NCBI GenBank assembly: GCA_903821745.1
Contig: CAIJMI010000005.1
Span: forward strand, 263,802-327,801
Length of the DNA stretch: 64,000 bases
DNA from: Candidatus Gottesmanbacteria bacterium
GTDB lineage: Bacteria > Patescibacteriota > Microgenomatia > UBA10105 > UBA927
Direction: 5' to 3'
The notes under the pieces were generated by a model. That model ran no database searches, had not been told where the DNA came from, and saw only the letters and a list, made by a program, of their open reading frames with translations. Both the position numbers and the translations under genes were made by a program. Within the stretch, counting starts at the first letter, position 1, and the number at the start of each line of letters is the position of its first letter. Positions 28,590-39,034 of the stretch are shown here, in pieces.

Positions 28590-30344
28590 ATGCATCGTAT
28601 GAAACGGTTTTTTGTTACCGCTGTTGTTTGTATTTCCCTGCTCATCATGTTCCCAACACGAAGCGTGGTTGCAGCATCCCCAACCCCGACACAACCACCT
28701 ATTCCCGAAGGTCGTGCCATTAATGCGGGTGTTCTCAATACACTGCTTGAAAAAGGCCAATCGATACAAGGCGGGACCGAACCGGTTTCCAGCATCAATT
28801 TTCCCAGTGTCAATCTTGAGGCAAACAATGATTTTGATGTGTCGAATTTACAACCAGTCAGTGATTTGTTTAAGGCAACAGTACCGTTTCTTGACCCGTA
28901 TCTTGCAAAGCAAATCACCAAGGACCAGGATGCAAATCTCTACATTTCCGGAAAAGCAACACATTGTGTCTACGGTTCAGACGGATCATTCCGTCAAGAA
29001 TCAAGTGAGAAACCATACATAACCGAAATCATCCCGGAGCTGTCAGACCTCGACCAATCTTCCAGACAAATTGCATCCCATCTCACCCAATATTCATTTT
29101 CAAAAACCGACGGATCATATAATTTCAAACGATCTCCCCTCGTGCTTGCTGATCCACCAGGATGCGACGAAACAGATATAGGAACCGTACAACAACCAAA
29201 AACAGTCCAGTTGGCCCAGGGAATGAATATCATCCAACTGGTATTAAATTTTCTGAGGACGCTTTTTTCCGGAGACAGCCTCAATATACGGGAAACCTTT
29301 GCATCCAAACAACTGACTCCCTATGCAGAAAGCATGGGGTGTCTGATAAGCGGTTGCCAAGGAGGAACGCTCTCCTATCTTGAGAAGAAAGAACAGGAGC
29401 GCGTCCAAAAAAGCGGAGGCGTTGCAAAAACCTATGCACCAATGATTCATGACGTCACCAAAGGGGAAGTACATGGAGAACAGGAAAATACCTTTGGTGG
29501 AACAGGAGCCATTCAGACACATGTCACGGAATCAAAAGCAATTGAAAACGCAAAAGATTATATCCTCTGTTCCATCCTGCCAAAATCCGAACGCGACAAA
29601 TACGGACTCGCTGGAAAATGCGAACAAGAAACCACATCCTGCGATGTAACATTACCCAAACTTCCTGCGAATCAATCCTGCAAACTCAAAAACAATACAC
29701 TGAAGCTTCCCAAAAATCTGGTTACCGCCATTGAGGCTGCGGCAAGCGCATATAAAGTCCCCGCTTCACTGATCGTTGGTGTCATCTATGGTGAGGGAGG
29801 CTTTAATCCCGGCTCTATCTACCTCAACGAAGCACAGGTTGAAAAATATCTCAAAGGATGCGCTACCCTACCAAACTGTAGCCCAAAAGCGACGATCATC
29901 AAAAACATCGTCGAATTTTATCAGGTAAACTGGAACGATTTATCGAATGCCGTCAACATCATTGATCCCAAAAGAAAACCAAACGCATGCAATTTGTTAG
30001 ACGGGATCTTTGCGCTTGCCAAAGACTTGTCTCAAAATCAATACGGTTCAGCAGCCTTTGCTGGAAAAACCTGTTTTGGCATAAAGCTCAATGCCGGGAG
30101 CGGCGGATCAGCATCATGCAATTGGAGTGATACATCTGCAGAAACGGCAATCCGGGTCTGGGAATTCGGCGTCGAGTGGAACAACGCCACTTTAAGCTGT
30201 GCAACCAAACTCAATAGCTGTCTGATGGGTGGTGGTCTTGACGCGCAATGTCCAACGGGTGGAGATACCTGTGAAACAGGAAGCAATCGCTATACCCAAC
30301 CAAGCCACAACGCATGTATCTGGAACGTATATAAAAGCAACTGA
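28590..30344 (+). CDS. Secreted Cys-containing hypothetical protein, possible glycoside-hydrolase/transglycosylase-like C-terminal region
   Basis: Signal peptide (MKRFFVTAVVCISLLIMFPTRSVVAA). The C-terminal EGGFNPGSIY segment weakly recalls the lytic transglycosylase ES-GFNP motif. A GACCCCGGGAGGGGTC hairpin plus TTTGATT follows the stop. Confidence 0.45.
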   Translation: MHRMKRFFVTAVVCISLLIMFPTRSVVAASPTPTQPPIPEGRAINAGVLNTLLEKGQSIQGGTEPVSSINFPSVNLEANNDFDVSNLQPVSDLFKATVPFLDPYLAKQITKDQDANLYISGKATHCVYGSDGSFRQESSEKPYITEIIPELSDLDQSSRQIASHLTQYSFSKTDGSYNFKRSPLVLADPPGCDETDIGTVQQPKTVQLAQGMNIIQLVLNFLRTLFSGDSLNIRETFASKQLTPYAESMGCLISGCQGGTLSYLEKKEQERVQKSGGVAKTYAPMIHDVTKGEVHGEQENTFGGTGAIQTHVTESKAIENAKDYILCSILPKSERDKYGLAGKCEQETTSCDVTLPKLPANQSCKLKNNTLKLPKNLVTAIEAAASAYKVPASLIVGVIYGEGGFNPGSIYLNEAQVEKYLKGCATLPNCSPKATIIKNIVEFYQVNWNDLSNAVNIIDPKRKPNACNLLDGIFALAKDLSQNQYGSAAFAGKTCFGIKLNAGSGGSASCNWSDTSAETAIRVWEFGVEWNNATLSCATKLNSCLMGGGLDAQCPTGGDTCETGSNRYTQPSHNACIWNVYKSN

Positions 30345-30450
30345 TGAAAGGAAAAACACCCATGGTTTCTCATATCTTTACTTTGTTTCATTCTTTTGAT
30401 ATCATAGCGTACATAACGACCCCGGGAGGGGTCTTTGATTAGGGATTATT

Positions 30451-30660
30451 ATGAACACACCGACAGCAGCAAAAATGACGTCACCAGCACAATTTGTTCG
30501 TGAAGTACTGGGAGAGCTCAAAAAAGTCACGTGGCCAACACGGCAAGACACCCTAAAATTAACTGTCGTTGTTATCGCAATATCAGTCATTGTAGGCATC
30601 TATATCGGCGTCTTGGACACAACATTTTTACGTATAACCGGTCTTTTGTTTAGGAGATAA
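30451..30660 (+). CDS. secE: Preprotein translocase subunit SecE
   Basis: VREVLGELKKVTWPTRQDT followed by a single TM helix. Immediately upstream of nusG. Confidence 0.75.
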   Translation: MNTPTAAKMTSPAQFVREVLGELKKVTWPTRQDTLKLTVVVIAISVIVGIYIGVLDTTFLRITGLLFRR

Positions 30661-30661
30661 T

Positions 30662-31369
30662 ATGGACGATGTAAAAACAAATATTGAAACACCTACAACC
30701 ATGGAACCAACCGTGGAAACCACACCGGTTGCAGCTCCCGCACCTGTTGTGGAAACCCCTGTTGAAACCCCAAAACCAGCCCCAACAAAAAAACTGGATA
30801 TTACCAAAGAGGAACCACACGTTGTCCTTCGAACGGATGTTCCGGAAAACGCAAAATGGTATGTTGTGCATACATATTCTGGCCATGAAAACAAAGTGGC
30901 AACCAACTTAAAACAACGCATCGATACGATGAAACTTCAGAATCAGATTTTTGATATCATCGTTCCGACAAGAAATATCGTAACCGTCAAACACGGAAAA
31001 AAAGAAGAACAAAAAGAAAAGATTTTTCCGGGATACATATTGGTCCGCATGATCTTAAATGACATTTCCTGGCTGGCAGTCCGAACGACACAGGGTGTAA
31101 CGGCATTTGTGGGAACCGGTGATAAACCGACCCCCATCAGTGCTCCTGAAGTTGCAGCCATCATGAAATTCATGGCTCTGGAAGCGCCAAAATACAAGAC
31201 CAGTTTCTCTGTTGGAGAAGCGGTCAAAATTACGGACGGACCGTTTGCGGACTTCTTAGGAACGATCGATTCACTGGATGAAGAAAAAGGAAAAATAAAG
31301 GTTCTTGTTTCCATCTTCGGTCGTGAGACTCCGGTGGAACTTGACTTCTTGCAAGTCGCGAAGCTGTAA
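30662..31369 (+). CDS. nusG: Transcription termination/antitermination factor NusG with N-terminal Pro/Val/Thr-rich extension
   Basis: NGN domain (KWYVVHTYSGHENKV...IFPGYILVRM) and C-terminal KOW (FSVGEAVKITDGPFADFLGTI). A roughly 60 aa low-complexity N-terminal extension precedes them. Confidence 0.85.
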   Translation: MDDVKTNIETPTTMEPTVETTPVAAPAPVVETPVETPKPAPTKKLDITKEEPHVVLRTDVPENAKWYVVHTYSGHENKVATNLKQRIDTMKLQNQIFDIIVPTRNIVTVKHGKKEEQKEKIFPGYILVRMILNDISWLAVRTTQGVTAFVGTGDKPTPISAPEVAAIMKFMALEAPKYKTSFSVGEAVKITDGPFADFLGTIDSLDEEKGKIKVLVSIFGRETPVELDFLQVAKL

Positions 31370-31428
31370 CAAGAATCAACCTCCGCGCCGCCCACCATTC
31401 CAAGGACGACTACAACGAAGGATATATA

Positions 31429-32019
31429 TTGCTTGAAAAAAGAGTGATGAATATGTCATTTATTGAAAGTGGTTTGTCGTTTATAGGATTGAAAGACCGT
31501 CATGTGTCTGTTCCGGTCGTGCCATGTCATAACCCGTCTCTCCCGAAAAAATTTGAGGCAGTGTTCCAACAGGCGCTGCACAACCCATCGCATCTCGATA
31601 TACCCGCACTGGATACACAACAAGCAGTATGGACATCCCCAGAGGCTGTTTCCTTCCTGTTTGCACATCTCCACACTGTTCCGATCAACGAATTAGAAAC
31701 AATATTACGAAAACAACGACCTATTGAAAAAATAAACGGACAAGCACTCCAAGACCCGAAAACGATGGCGACGGTCATCACAACAACAGCACGGTTTGAC
31801 GAAGAATTTGATCGACGATTATCAGCGCGAGATCCAAACCAAAATTGGAGTGCATGTGACAGTAAATATTTCTACACACAGAAGGCTATCCAACGAGTAA
31901 ACGGATTATCACAAGATGCGGCATTCCATCAATTTCTCAACAATTCGGTCGGATTTGATACGCAACCGGTATTTGAACACTTACGGAACAGCTGCCACAA
32001 AGCACATAGCCAGCGGTAA
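31429..32019 (+). CDS. Hypothetical protein
   Basis: 196 aa with no recognised domain. Interrupts the nusG-rplK junction. Confidence 0.4.
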   Translation: MLEKRVMNMSFIESGLSFIGLKDRHVSVPVVPCHNPSLPKKFEAVFQQALHNPSHLDIPALDTQQAVWTSPEAVSFLFAHLHTVPINELETILRKQRPIEKINGQALQDPKTMATVITTTARFDEEFDRRLSARDPNQNWSACDSKYFYTQKAIQRVNGLSQDAAFHQFLNNSVGFDTQPVFEHLRNSCHKAHSQR

Positions 32020-32202
32020 ATTGTTGCTTGCCAGACAGCGTGTTTTTTGTATGAAAGTAACCAACCTCTCACGGCTACCCGTGCTTCACGGATAAAAACA
32101 GAGTTTCAAAGAAAGACGCAATCTGTGGAAGAGGTTCAAAAAATGGTTTCTTTCTTCCGGATACGACACCACGTCATTTCCACAAGAAAGCCAGGTAGAT
32201 GG

Positions 32203-32583
32203 TTACTTATTTTCGGGTTTTCTGGGGGCGGGCATGTTCTTAAAGATAACTCTATCCACTCGACCATGGGTCGGTTGACCGTTTTCGTCCCATTTCGTTG
32301 GCGTTACTTTATAGTTGCCCCCTTCTAGGATTGTATGGAAATCATCTCCACCCAAAGGCAATTCTCCCGATCCCGGGATAACCCAATCGACAAAATCTTT
32401 GTTTTCTGACATACACGTAGTATACCACATCGAGCATTGGCATGCGTTTTTTTTCTTTGTATGATTCATACCATGGCACGATGTATACCCCACACTGATC
32501 AATCCAAACAAGCAACGGGTTGCCTCTCTATTGCCTGCAGCAATGTCACGTTCCCGACACCACAGGGTATCACCGGAACACAT
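32203..32583 (-). CDS. Hypothetical small Cys-rich protein (start uncertain; ATG alternative at 32412 gives 69 aa)
   Basis: ORF-track call with a non-ATG start. The Cys-rich N-terminal part and lack of a clear RBS keep confidence low. Confidence 0.25.
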   Translation of the reverse strand: MCSGDTLWCRERDIAAGNREATRCLFGLISVGYTSCHGMNHTKKKNACQCSMWYTTCMSENKDFVDWVIPGSGELPLGGDDFHTILEGGNYKVTPTKWDENGQPTHGRVDRVIFKNMPAPRKPENK

Positions 32584-32778
32584 CCAGTCTCCAGTATGGT
32601 GTGGGTGGAAAACAGCAGAGACTCCGTCGTATACAAACTACCGCTTTACGGGTCAAACATCTCCTGATATAATGATCGAACTTCTGTACAACACTCCTGT
32701 TTTGTACGGAGGGAGAAACCCAAGAAGGTTTCGAAGAATGCAGCATTCCTCACTCCTTCTTGCAACGCGCACAAACCT

Positions 32779-33207
32779 ATGGCAGCAAAAAAAGTCAAAA
32801 CACAGATTAAACTCAACCTCAAAGCAGGCGAAGCAAACGCAGCGCCTCCTGTTGGACCAGCACTTGGACAACATGGGCTTCCTATTATGGAATTCGTGAA
32901 AGCCTACAACGAACGGACAGCCAAACTCAAAGGCCAGATCATTCCAGCCGTCATTACTGTCTATGAAGACCGAACATTTACCTTCGTTACCAAACTTCCC
33001 CCAGTTGCCGCCATGATTAAACGAACACTTGGAATTGACAAGGCAAGCGGCAAAGCAGGAAAAGAATCCGCAGGAACACTGACAAAAGAACAAGTCAAAC
33101 AAATCGCAACAGACAAATTGCTCGACCTGAATACTAACAATATTGATGCAGCAAGCAAAGTCGTCGCAGGAACAGCCCGCAGTATGGGAATTCACGTGGA
33201 GAAATAA
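32779..33207 (+). CDS. rplK: 50S ribosomal protein L11
   Basis: IKLNLKAGEANAAPPVGPALGQHG and the conserved C-terminal domain. TATAAT at 32666-32671 in the leader. Confidence 0.9.
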   Translation: MAAKKVKTQIKLNLKAGEANAAPPVGPALGQHGLPIMEFVKAYNERTAKLKGQIIPAVITVYEDRTFTFVTKLPPVAAMIKRTLGIDKASGKAGKESAGTLTKEQVKQIATDKLLDLNTNNIDAASKVVAGTARSMGIHVEK

Positions 33208-33208
33208 T

Positions 33209-34063
33209 ATGGGAAAAGTACGAAAAGTCATCCTCGGAGACGAGAAAGCAGAAAAAGAACAAAAACGAAAAGCGGATGCCAGGCGCGAAGGCAAAAAAGC
33301 CAAAAAGGCGCACGTTGAAGGCGTGGGACTAAAAGGTGGCGAACGCACGATCCTCGTCGAAGGTGATGAGTTAAAACCGGAAGTAAAAGAACTGATGGAA
33401 AAAGTCGAAAAAGGAGAAAAAGCAGAAAAAGACAGCAAAAAGAAAAAAGTGAACGGACCGCGCCAACATGGCAAAAAATATCAGGAAGCTGCAAAGCTGG
33501 TTGATAAAAACAAAAGCTATACCCTTCCCGAAGCATTAAAGCTCGTGAAACTCACAAGTATCACCAAATTTGACGGCACCGTCGAACTGCATATCAACAT
33601 CAATCCCCTTACCTTGGGTGAAAAAAAAGATATTCGTGGCACAGTCACACTTCCTCATGGATCTGGAAAACAGGTTCGTGTTGCGGTTGCGGATGACAAA
33701 TTGCTTGAAGAAATAACAGCCGGAAAAATTACCTTTGACCTTTTGGTCGCGCATCCGTCTATGATGCCAAAGCTTGCCAAAGTTGCCCGCGTCTTAGGTC
33801 CAAAAGGCCTGATGCCAAATCCAAAAACAGGAACCGTAACAACGGACGTTGAAAAACGAGTCAAAGAACTGTCCAATGGGCAGGTGAATTTCAAAAGTGA
33901 ACCAGAAAACCCAATCATTCACTTGGCTGTCGGCAAAGTATCCTTTGAAGAAAAACAATTACAAGAGAACATTGAAGCAGTGCTTGCCGCCATGGGGAGA
34001 AACAAGATTCTGAAAATCACTCTGACGACAACCATGGGTCCTGGCATTAAGCTCGTGGTATAA
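33209..34063 (+). CDS. rplA: 50S ribosomal protein L1 with about 90 aa K/E-rich N-terminal extension
   Basis: L1 core begins near KKYQEAAKLVDKNKSYTLPEAL and runs to VLGPKGLMPNPKTGTVT. ATG at 33209 with a GGAG RBS. The extension is lysine/glutamate-rich and predicted unstructured. Confidence 0.85.
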   Translation: MGKVRKVILGDEKAEKEQKRKADARREGKKAKKAHVEGVGLKGGERTILVEGDELKPEVKELMEKVEKGEKAEKDSKKKKVNGPRQHGKKYQEAAKLVDKNKSYTLPEALKLVKLTSITKFDGTVELHININPLTLGEKKDIRGTVTLPHGSGKQVRVAVADDKLLEEITAGKITFDLLVAHPSMMPKLAKVARVLGPKGLMPNPKTGTVTTDVEKRVKELSNGQVNFKSEPENPIIHLAVGKVSFEEKQLQENIEAVLAAMGRNKILKITLTTTMGPGIKLVV

Positions 34064-34360
34064 GCGTCTTCATTGCATGAACCATCCATCCGCTCTCGGC
34101 AAACCAGAAGGAATCTCCTGACCAAGGAAGAAGAGGACAACAACCGAACCACGCTTGAAACACGCACTACAAACGGGAAATCACTCGAACCGTCACCCTT
34201 GTCATTTCCCAGTGGATATGGTATAAATAACCATTGTCCTAAAGACCGTAGGCGAAACGAAAGTTTCATAAATCCTACCGAGGGAAAACCAAGTACTATC
34301 AGGCAGCAACTGATATATGTTTCCCGCTTTAGGCGGGATTTTTTGTTTTAGGAGGCATCT
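34064..34360 (+). promoter_or_regulatory. rplJ leader (candidate L10(L12)4 autoregulatory leader)
   Basis: 297-nt untranslated spacer before rplJ, unusually long for this compact genome. Assigned by position and established L10-leader knowledge; no structure computed. Confidence 0.35.
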
Positions 34361-34876
34361 ATGGCAACACAGAAAAAAATGGAAACAGTGCAGGAATTAA
34401 CCGATAAAATCGCACGGGCAAAATCGCTCATTTTTGCTGATTACGTGGGCTTAAAACACAAGCAGCTGGAAGAACTTCGGAAAAGCATGCGCAAAGTCGA
34501 CGCAGAATTTGTCGTAACCAAAAACAAACTCATGGAACGGGCATTTGGTGATAAAGCAGCAGCGGTCAAACCCATTCTCACCCATGCAACCGCAACGATT
34601 TTCAGCTACAAAGACGAAGTGTCAGGCTTGAAAGAACTCTTGAAATTTTTCAAAGCTGCCAACATCGGTACAACGAAAGCCGGTATGCTGGGTGACGTGA
34701 TTCTTACCAATAATGAGATCACAAAGCTTTCAAAGATTCCTGGTCGGGAAATTCTCTTAGGGCAGCTTGCAGGGCAACTCAAAGCCCCTATTGCCAACCT
34801 TCATCATGCGCTTGCTTGGAATCTCAACAAATTTGTGTGGGCACTCAATAGTATAAAAGCAAAGAAAACAGCATAA
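34361..34876 (+). CDS. rplJ: 50S ribosomal protein L10
   Basis: KIARAKSLIFADYVGLKHKQLEELRK at the N-terminus is typical of L10. Confidence 0.85.
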   Translation: MATQKKMETVQELTDKIARAKSLIFADYVGLKHKQLEELRKSMRKVDAEFVVTKNKLMERAFGDKAAAVKPILTHATATIFSYKDEVSGLKELLKFFKAANIGTTKAGMLGDVILTNNEITKLSKIPGREILLGQLAGQLKAPIANLHHALAWNLNKFVWALNSIKAKKTA

Positions 34877-34912
34877 AGACAATTATTTGTCGAAAGGTGG
34901 TGACAAGATATT

Positions 34913-35299
34913 ATGGCAAAATTAACAAAAGATGAAATCTTGTCGGCAGTTGAAGAAATGACCGTTCTTGAACTTTCCGATTTGGTAAAAGCATTAGAAG
35001 AAAAATTCGGCGTTTCCGCAGCACCTGTCGCAGTCGCAGCAGGGAATGCAGCAGCAGCAGCCGAAGGAGAAGCAAAAGAAGAACAAACAGTGTTTAACGT
35101 CATCATCACAGAAGCTGGTGCCAACAAAATTGGTGCGATTAAAGCAGTTCGTGAACTCGTTCCAACCTTGGGACTTGTGGAAGCAAAAACACTCGTTGAG
35201 TCCGCTCCAAAAGAAGTGTTAACGGGCTTGAACAAAAGCGCAGCGGAAGAAGCAAAGAAAAAGCTTGAGGCAGCTGGAGCAAAAGCAGAACTGAAGTAA
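34913..35299 (+). CDS. rplL: 50S ribosomal protein L7/L12
   Basis: [10 protein letters not shown]...[15 protein letters not shown], an Ala-rich hinge and the conserved CTD ([15 protein letters not shown]). Confidence 0.9.
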   Translation: MAKLTKDEILSAVEEMTVLELSDLVKALEEKFGVSAAPVAVAAGNAAAAAEGEAKEEQTVFNVIITEAGANKIGAIKAVRELVPTLGLVEAKTLVESAPKEVLTGLNKSAAEEAKKKLEAAGAKAELK

Positions 35300-35328
35300 G
35301 TGGCGCACAAAGAGTATACACAAAAAAA

Positions 35329-35353
35329 GCCCCGCATACCGCGGGGTTTTTTG
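35329..35353 (+). terminator. Rho-independent terminator after rplL
   Basis: GCCCCGC-ATACC-GCGGGG followed by TTTTTTG. Confidence 0.7.
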
Positions 35354-35372
35354 TGGTCCACTCTCTGCCCTG

Positions 35373-37661
35373 TTATTGTCTCTTTCGCTGATGGGGTTTA
35401 ATCCGGTCCCGATGCCCTTCGTACATCTCCGGTGGATACAACTGCTCATACAGGGATGGGATGCACGGTTTTTTGGGATCCCGGACAAACCATCGTTCCG
35501 CAGTATATCGCCCAGTTGCATCGTCAATAATCTTATCCTCAAATCCCATAAATCCACTGCCAACAAGGTTCTTTATACGAGCTACTTGTGCAACGGGATA
35601 CAGATTGACTTCGATGATTTGTTCCGGTTCCCCTGCTTTTTGTATAGAAATGACACATTTTTCTCGAATGATACGATCCCCTTCTGACCCTGGCCGTTTC
35701 CCTTTCCGAATCGATTCACCATATGCTTCACGATCAGGAAAAGATAAGAAAAGATACGACTGCACCCGTTCATAAGAACGAGACGTATGGGTTTCCGGAA
35801 GAATCCGTGCAGTCCAACCAGATCCTGACAGCTCCTGTTCAAGATGCGCAAGCAGTGCAGTGCGGACCTTACCAGTCAGCGCAACACGGTCAGCGAATGA
35901 GGCATCGGGTGCAAAATTTTGATCCGACAAGGCAATATTGATGGTATGCGCATCAAATAAATCAGATGATTGATACATTTTCCGCATAATAGATTCGGTT
36001 GACTTTGCTGGACGCTCATCGATCATTAAATGCACACGCGCACCATCAATACGTTGGTTCATCGTACGCAGCATCACATCATGACGTACCCCATTGCCAA
36101 TATTAATACATTGAATTTTTGGAGGAAACTCCACAAACGTATTCATGGCAGACCGAAATAAGGTATTCTTTACCGAATCTTTTTTGCTCCGCGCATCGAT
36201 GGCGGTAAGCGTTAATACCAATGTTCTAAATGATTCAAATCGTAACATCTCCATACTTGATGATGTCATATCGTTTGGTGAAATCGAAACGTCTGGATGG
36301 AAGCCAAAACCAATAAAAAGCAAATGAATCATCGGCGTATTCGTCACTTCGTTCATTGGACGATACTCCTGAAATTGCGGTCCTAACGCATGCATGTTCT
36401 CTGCAATATAATCCGGATATTTCTGTGCAATACGATATGCCTGTTGCAAAAATACTTTTGGTTTCCCGAGATAAGCAGACAACGCATCCATAAACTGATC
36501 GTCCATCGTCGTTAAAAATTCCACCCGATCAGACAATGGCATCGCCAGTATGCGTGGCCATATGGTCTGTAACGCGGTAAACGTGTCCATGTTGGATGAA
36601 ATGGGTGTTTGCATTACTTTTGCATACATATGTTCCACAACTGGTCGGATGGATTTTCGAAACGCCCGAACACTAGAAAATGCAGGGGCTGTTGGCACGT
36701 TGATGAGCACATCTAACAAATATTGAGGTGGCGTAACGCTCAATATACGTGGAAGTTTCAATAAGTCAGCAGGCTTCGGTGGTATGGAGGCACCATTTCT
36801 ATCACGAAGATGTTCATCATATAACAGGGCGCGCATTTGTGCTGAGATAAACCCTACGATCAATTCCTTTTTTGTACAGTCACCAGGAAGCTCAGCATAC
36901 GGACGCGACTCACCACCAAACACATTATAAAATTTTCGTATACTATTCACTTCACGGAGAATGGCCACTTTCCAGAGCTCATCAATCCGTTCCACCTCAT
37001 GCATAACATCTCGAATCGCAAGATACCGTTTTTCCCGATGAATCGGATCCGAAACAAACGTATGGTCACCCACCGTAAGATGTTCAAGAAGCGGAACAAC
37101 ATCGCCATTCTCCAGTTGTACCATCCCGTTCAAAAATGCATTCCGTAATGCCTGTGGCGGCACACCATAAATATCCTGTTTTCGGTCAGGTCGCTTCGTA
37201 TCTTTTCGAAGCACGTGAGCAGAAAACGATGACGATCGTATTGGAATAACCACGCAGTGCGCTAATCTTTGTTCTTCATCTTCAGGAACACGATGAACAA
37301 ATGGGGCAAGGGGCGGTGCATGAAAAAGAAAATCCCTGGTCAATTCATTTGCATGATGGACCATCGTCGTATCAAACTCCAAACAGTTCAGTGCTTCCTC
37401 ATAAATCGATCTTCCATCAGTAATTTTTCCTCCAAATGGGGTCATCCGATCGGCTGTTATGTCGATAGTATCTGATTGTCGTGCCAAATATGTTCGTACC
37501 AGTGAGGTATCAGATAATGATGGATCAACGTCCAGTGCCAAGGAAAATTCTTCAAGTGATATCGGCGCGACAGGAAAAATACGCACGACAGGAAGAACGT
37601 CACCAAAACGTTCCTGAATTTCAGATGCACGAAAATATGAATGTTCAGGCGTCATATGCAA
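35373..37661 (-). CDS. Large hypothetical protein (762 aa)
   Basis: Intact ORF with no Walker, nuclease or other motif recognised by eye. Sits where rpoB would be expected after rplL, but on the opposite strand. Confidence 0.5.
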   Translation of the reverse strand: MHMTPEHSYFRASEIQERFGDVLPVVRIFPVAPISLEEFSLALDVDPSLSDTSLVRTYLARQSDTIDITADRMTPFGGKITDGRSIYEEALNCLEFDTTMVHHANELTRDFLFHAPPLAPFVHRVPEDEEQRLAHCVVIPIRSSSFSAHVLRKDTKRPDRKQDIYGVPPQALRNAFLNGMVQLENGDVVPLLEHLTVGDHTFVSDPIHREKRYLAIRDVMHEVERIDELWKVAILREVNSIRKFYNVFGGESRPYAELPGDCTKKELIVGFISAQMRALLYDEHLRDRNGASIPPKPADLLKLPRILSVTPPQYLLDVLINVPTAPAFSSVRAFRKSIRPVVEHMYAKVMQTPISSNMDTFTALQTIWPRILAMPLSDRVEFLTTMDDQFMDALSAYLGKPKVFLQQAYRIAQKYPDYIAENMHALGPQFQEYRPMNEVTNTPMIHLLFIGFGFHPDVSISPNDMTSSSMEMLRFESFRTLVLTLTAIDARSKKDSVKNTLFRSAMNTFVEFPPKIQCINIGNGVRHDVMLRTMNQRIDGARVHLMIDERPAKSTESIMRKMYQSSDLFDAHTINIALSDQNFAPDASFADRVALTGKVRTALLAHLEQELSGSGWTARILPETHTSRSYERVQSYLFLSFPDREAYGESIRKGKRPGSEGDRIIREKCVISIQKAGEPEQIIEVNLYPVAQVARIKNLVGSGFMGFEDKIIDDATGRYTAERWFVRDPKKPCIPSLYEQLYPPEMYEGHRDRIKPHQRKRQ

Positions 37662-37877
37662 AGAAAACGTTGTTATTATACTCTAAATCCATCAATATAC
37701 AAACAACGAAACTGGCGGTATTATATGTATCAACGCACGTATAACGTCGCATAATATACAAAAACACAACAACTTATCCACAAAATATTTTCCTCCATTG
37801 ACAATGTCCGACATCACATGATATTGTTTGACTACTAACGATACATTTTTTTTCTTGCCCAAAGAAAAGGAGACCAT

Positions 37878-38078
37878 ATGGCAATGGGCGATGACTGGCC
37901 AGATCTATTAACCGTAAAGGAAGTTGCAAAAATTTTGCGTGTTTCCCCTCTTACGATTAAACGCTGGGGTAAACGAGGGAAACTTCCAGCTATTCGGATT
38001 AACTCACGAGGAGACAGACGCTACAAAAAAGAAGCGGTCATGTGGCTTTTGGGACTCCAACAAAAAGGACAAATCTAA
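37878..38078 (+). CDS. Excisionase/MerR-like HTH DNA-binding protein (HTH_17 type)
   Basis: LLTVKEVAKILRVSPLTIKRWGKRGKLPAIRI...RRYKKEAV. AAAGGAG RBS before the ATG. Confidence 0.6.
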   Translation: MAMGDDWPDLLTVKEVAKILRVSPLTIKRWGKRGKLPAIRINSRGDRRYKKEAVMWLLGLQQKGQI

Positions 38079-38083
38079 ACGCA

Positions 38084-38977
38084 TTACACAGCAACTTTTT
38101 GGAGCTGTTTTGCAGCTTCTGTGGGATCAATAACATTAACGTTCAAACCGGTTCCCAGTTCAAATCCAGCACGGTGAATAGAACGTGGAATAATACGGAT
38201 AAACCAATTTTTCCCGTGATAGATATAGTAATTAAACACAAACGGCTCATTTACCTGTTTAAACAGAAGTTCCGGACTTTTGAGAACAACACTCAACTTC
38301 CGTAAAGTCCGACTGACCACATTTGCAAGCTCCGGTAGTTCCGTGTCCGTCACATCACTGAACTTTTTTCCGTCTGTTTTTGGAGCAATCCACGTTTCAA
38401 ACGGCCATTGGGAAAACTCAGGACAATAGGTCGTAAATAACGGATATTCTTCGACAATATTTTTAAATGGTTCGAGCGTTAACGCATCAAGATTGATTTG
38501 ATTGGGAACCACAACGAGTTGACTATGCGGATGTTTCAAACTAGCCCCAGCTGACAATCCATGATTGCAAAAAATGAGAACTTGCCCATCCATTTCATGT
38601 GCTCGGTACCGGTCGCGGTATACAGAAAAAATCTTTTGTACCTGAAACACTGGCAGCGTGTCCACGTCAGCTGTATCACTCGGAGAATGAATGACCACTT
38701 CATGAATATCGGTAATTGGGTATTTATTGGGTACCACCCGAACGTCCCATCCTGGGGTATTCGGTTCCCCCGCTCCCACTCGATATAGTTCTGGTGGTGT
38801 TTCTTTTTCGTTACCTGCACAAAATGGACAGACATGATATGCCGTTGGTTTTTGTGCAACAGTTGGACGGTCATTACGAACCGGAGATATAATTATCCAC
38901 CGTTGCGTTTTACTATCGGGAACATAACGTGCCATAACGTTAGTATCGAGCATCCAACAGGAAGTATCAAGTCTCAC
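38084..38977 (-). CDS. galT: Galactose-1-phosphate uridylyltransferase (HIT superfamily)
   Basis: Zinc-site CPFCAGNE and the HPHSQ (HxHxQ) catalytic motif. Alternative ATG at 38935. Confidence 0.75.
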   Translation of the reverse strand: MRLDTSCWMLDTNVMARYVPDSKTQRWIIISPVRNDRPTVAQKPTAYHVCPFCAGNEKETPPELYRVGAGEPNTPGWDVRVVPNKYPITDIHEVVIHSPSDTADVDTLPVFQVQKIFSVYRDRYRAHEMDGQVLIFCNHGLSAGASLKHPHSQLVVVPNQINLDALTLEPFKNIVEEYPLFTTYCPEFSQWPFETWIAPKTDGKKFSDVTDTELPELANVVSRTLRKLSVVLKSPELLFKQVNEPFVFNYYIYHGKNWFIRIIPRSIHRAGFELGTGLNVNVIDPTEAAKQLQKVAV

Positions 38978-39034
38978 TTACTTCTATTGACAAGGGACAC
39001 ATTACGATACGGTACATGTATCGAGGTAGTATGT

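Noticed and set aside
32653-33474. 273-aa ORF on the minus strand opposite rplK/rplA (also 33228-33536, 33536-33754, 33919-34269, 34804-35361)
   Set aside because: Antisense to highly recognisable ribosomal protein genes. The Phe/Ser/Cys-rich composition is the mirror image of Lys/Glu-rich sense codons, so this is a spurious shadow ORF.
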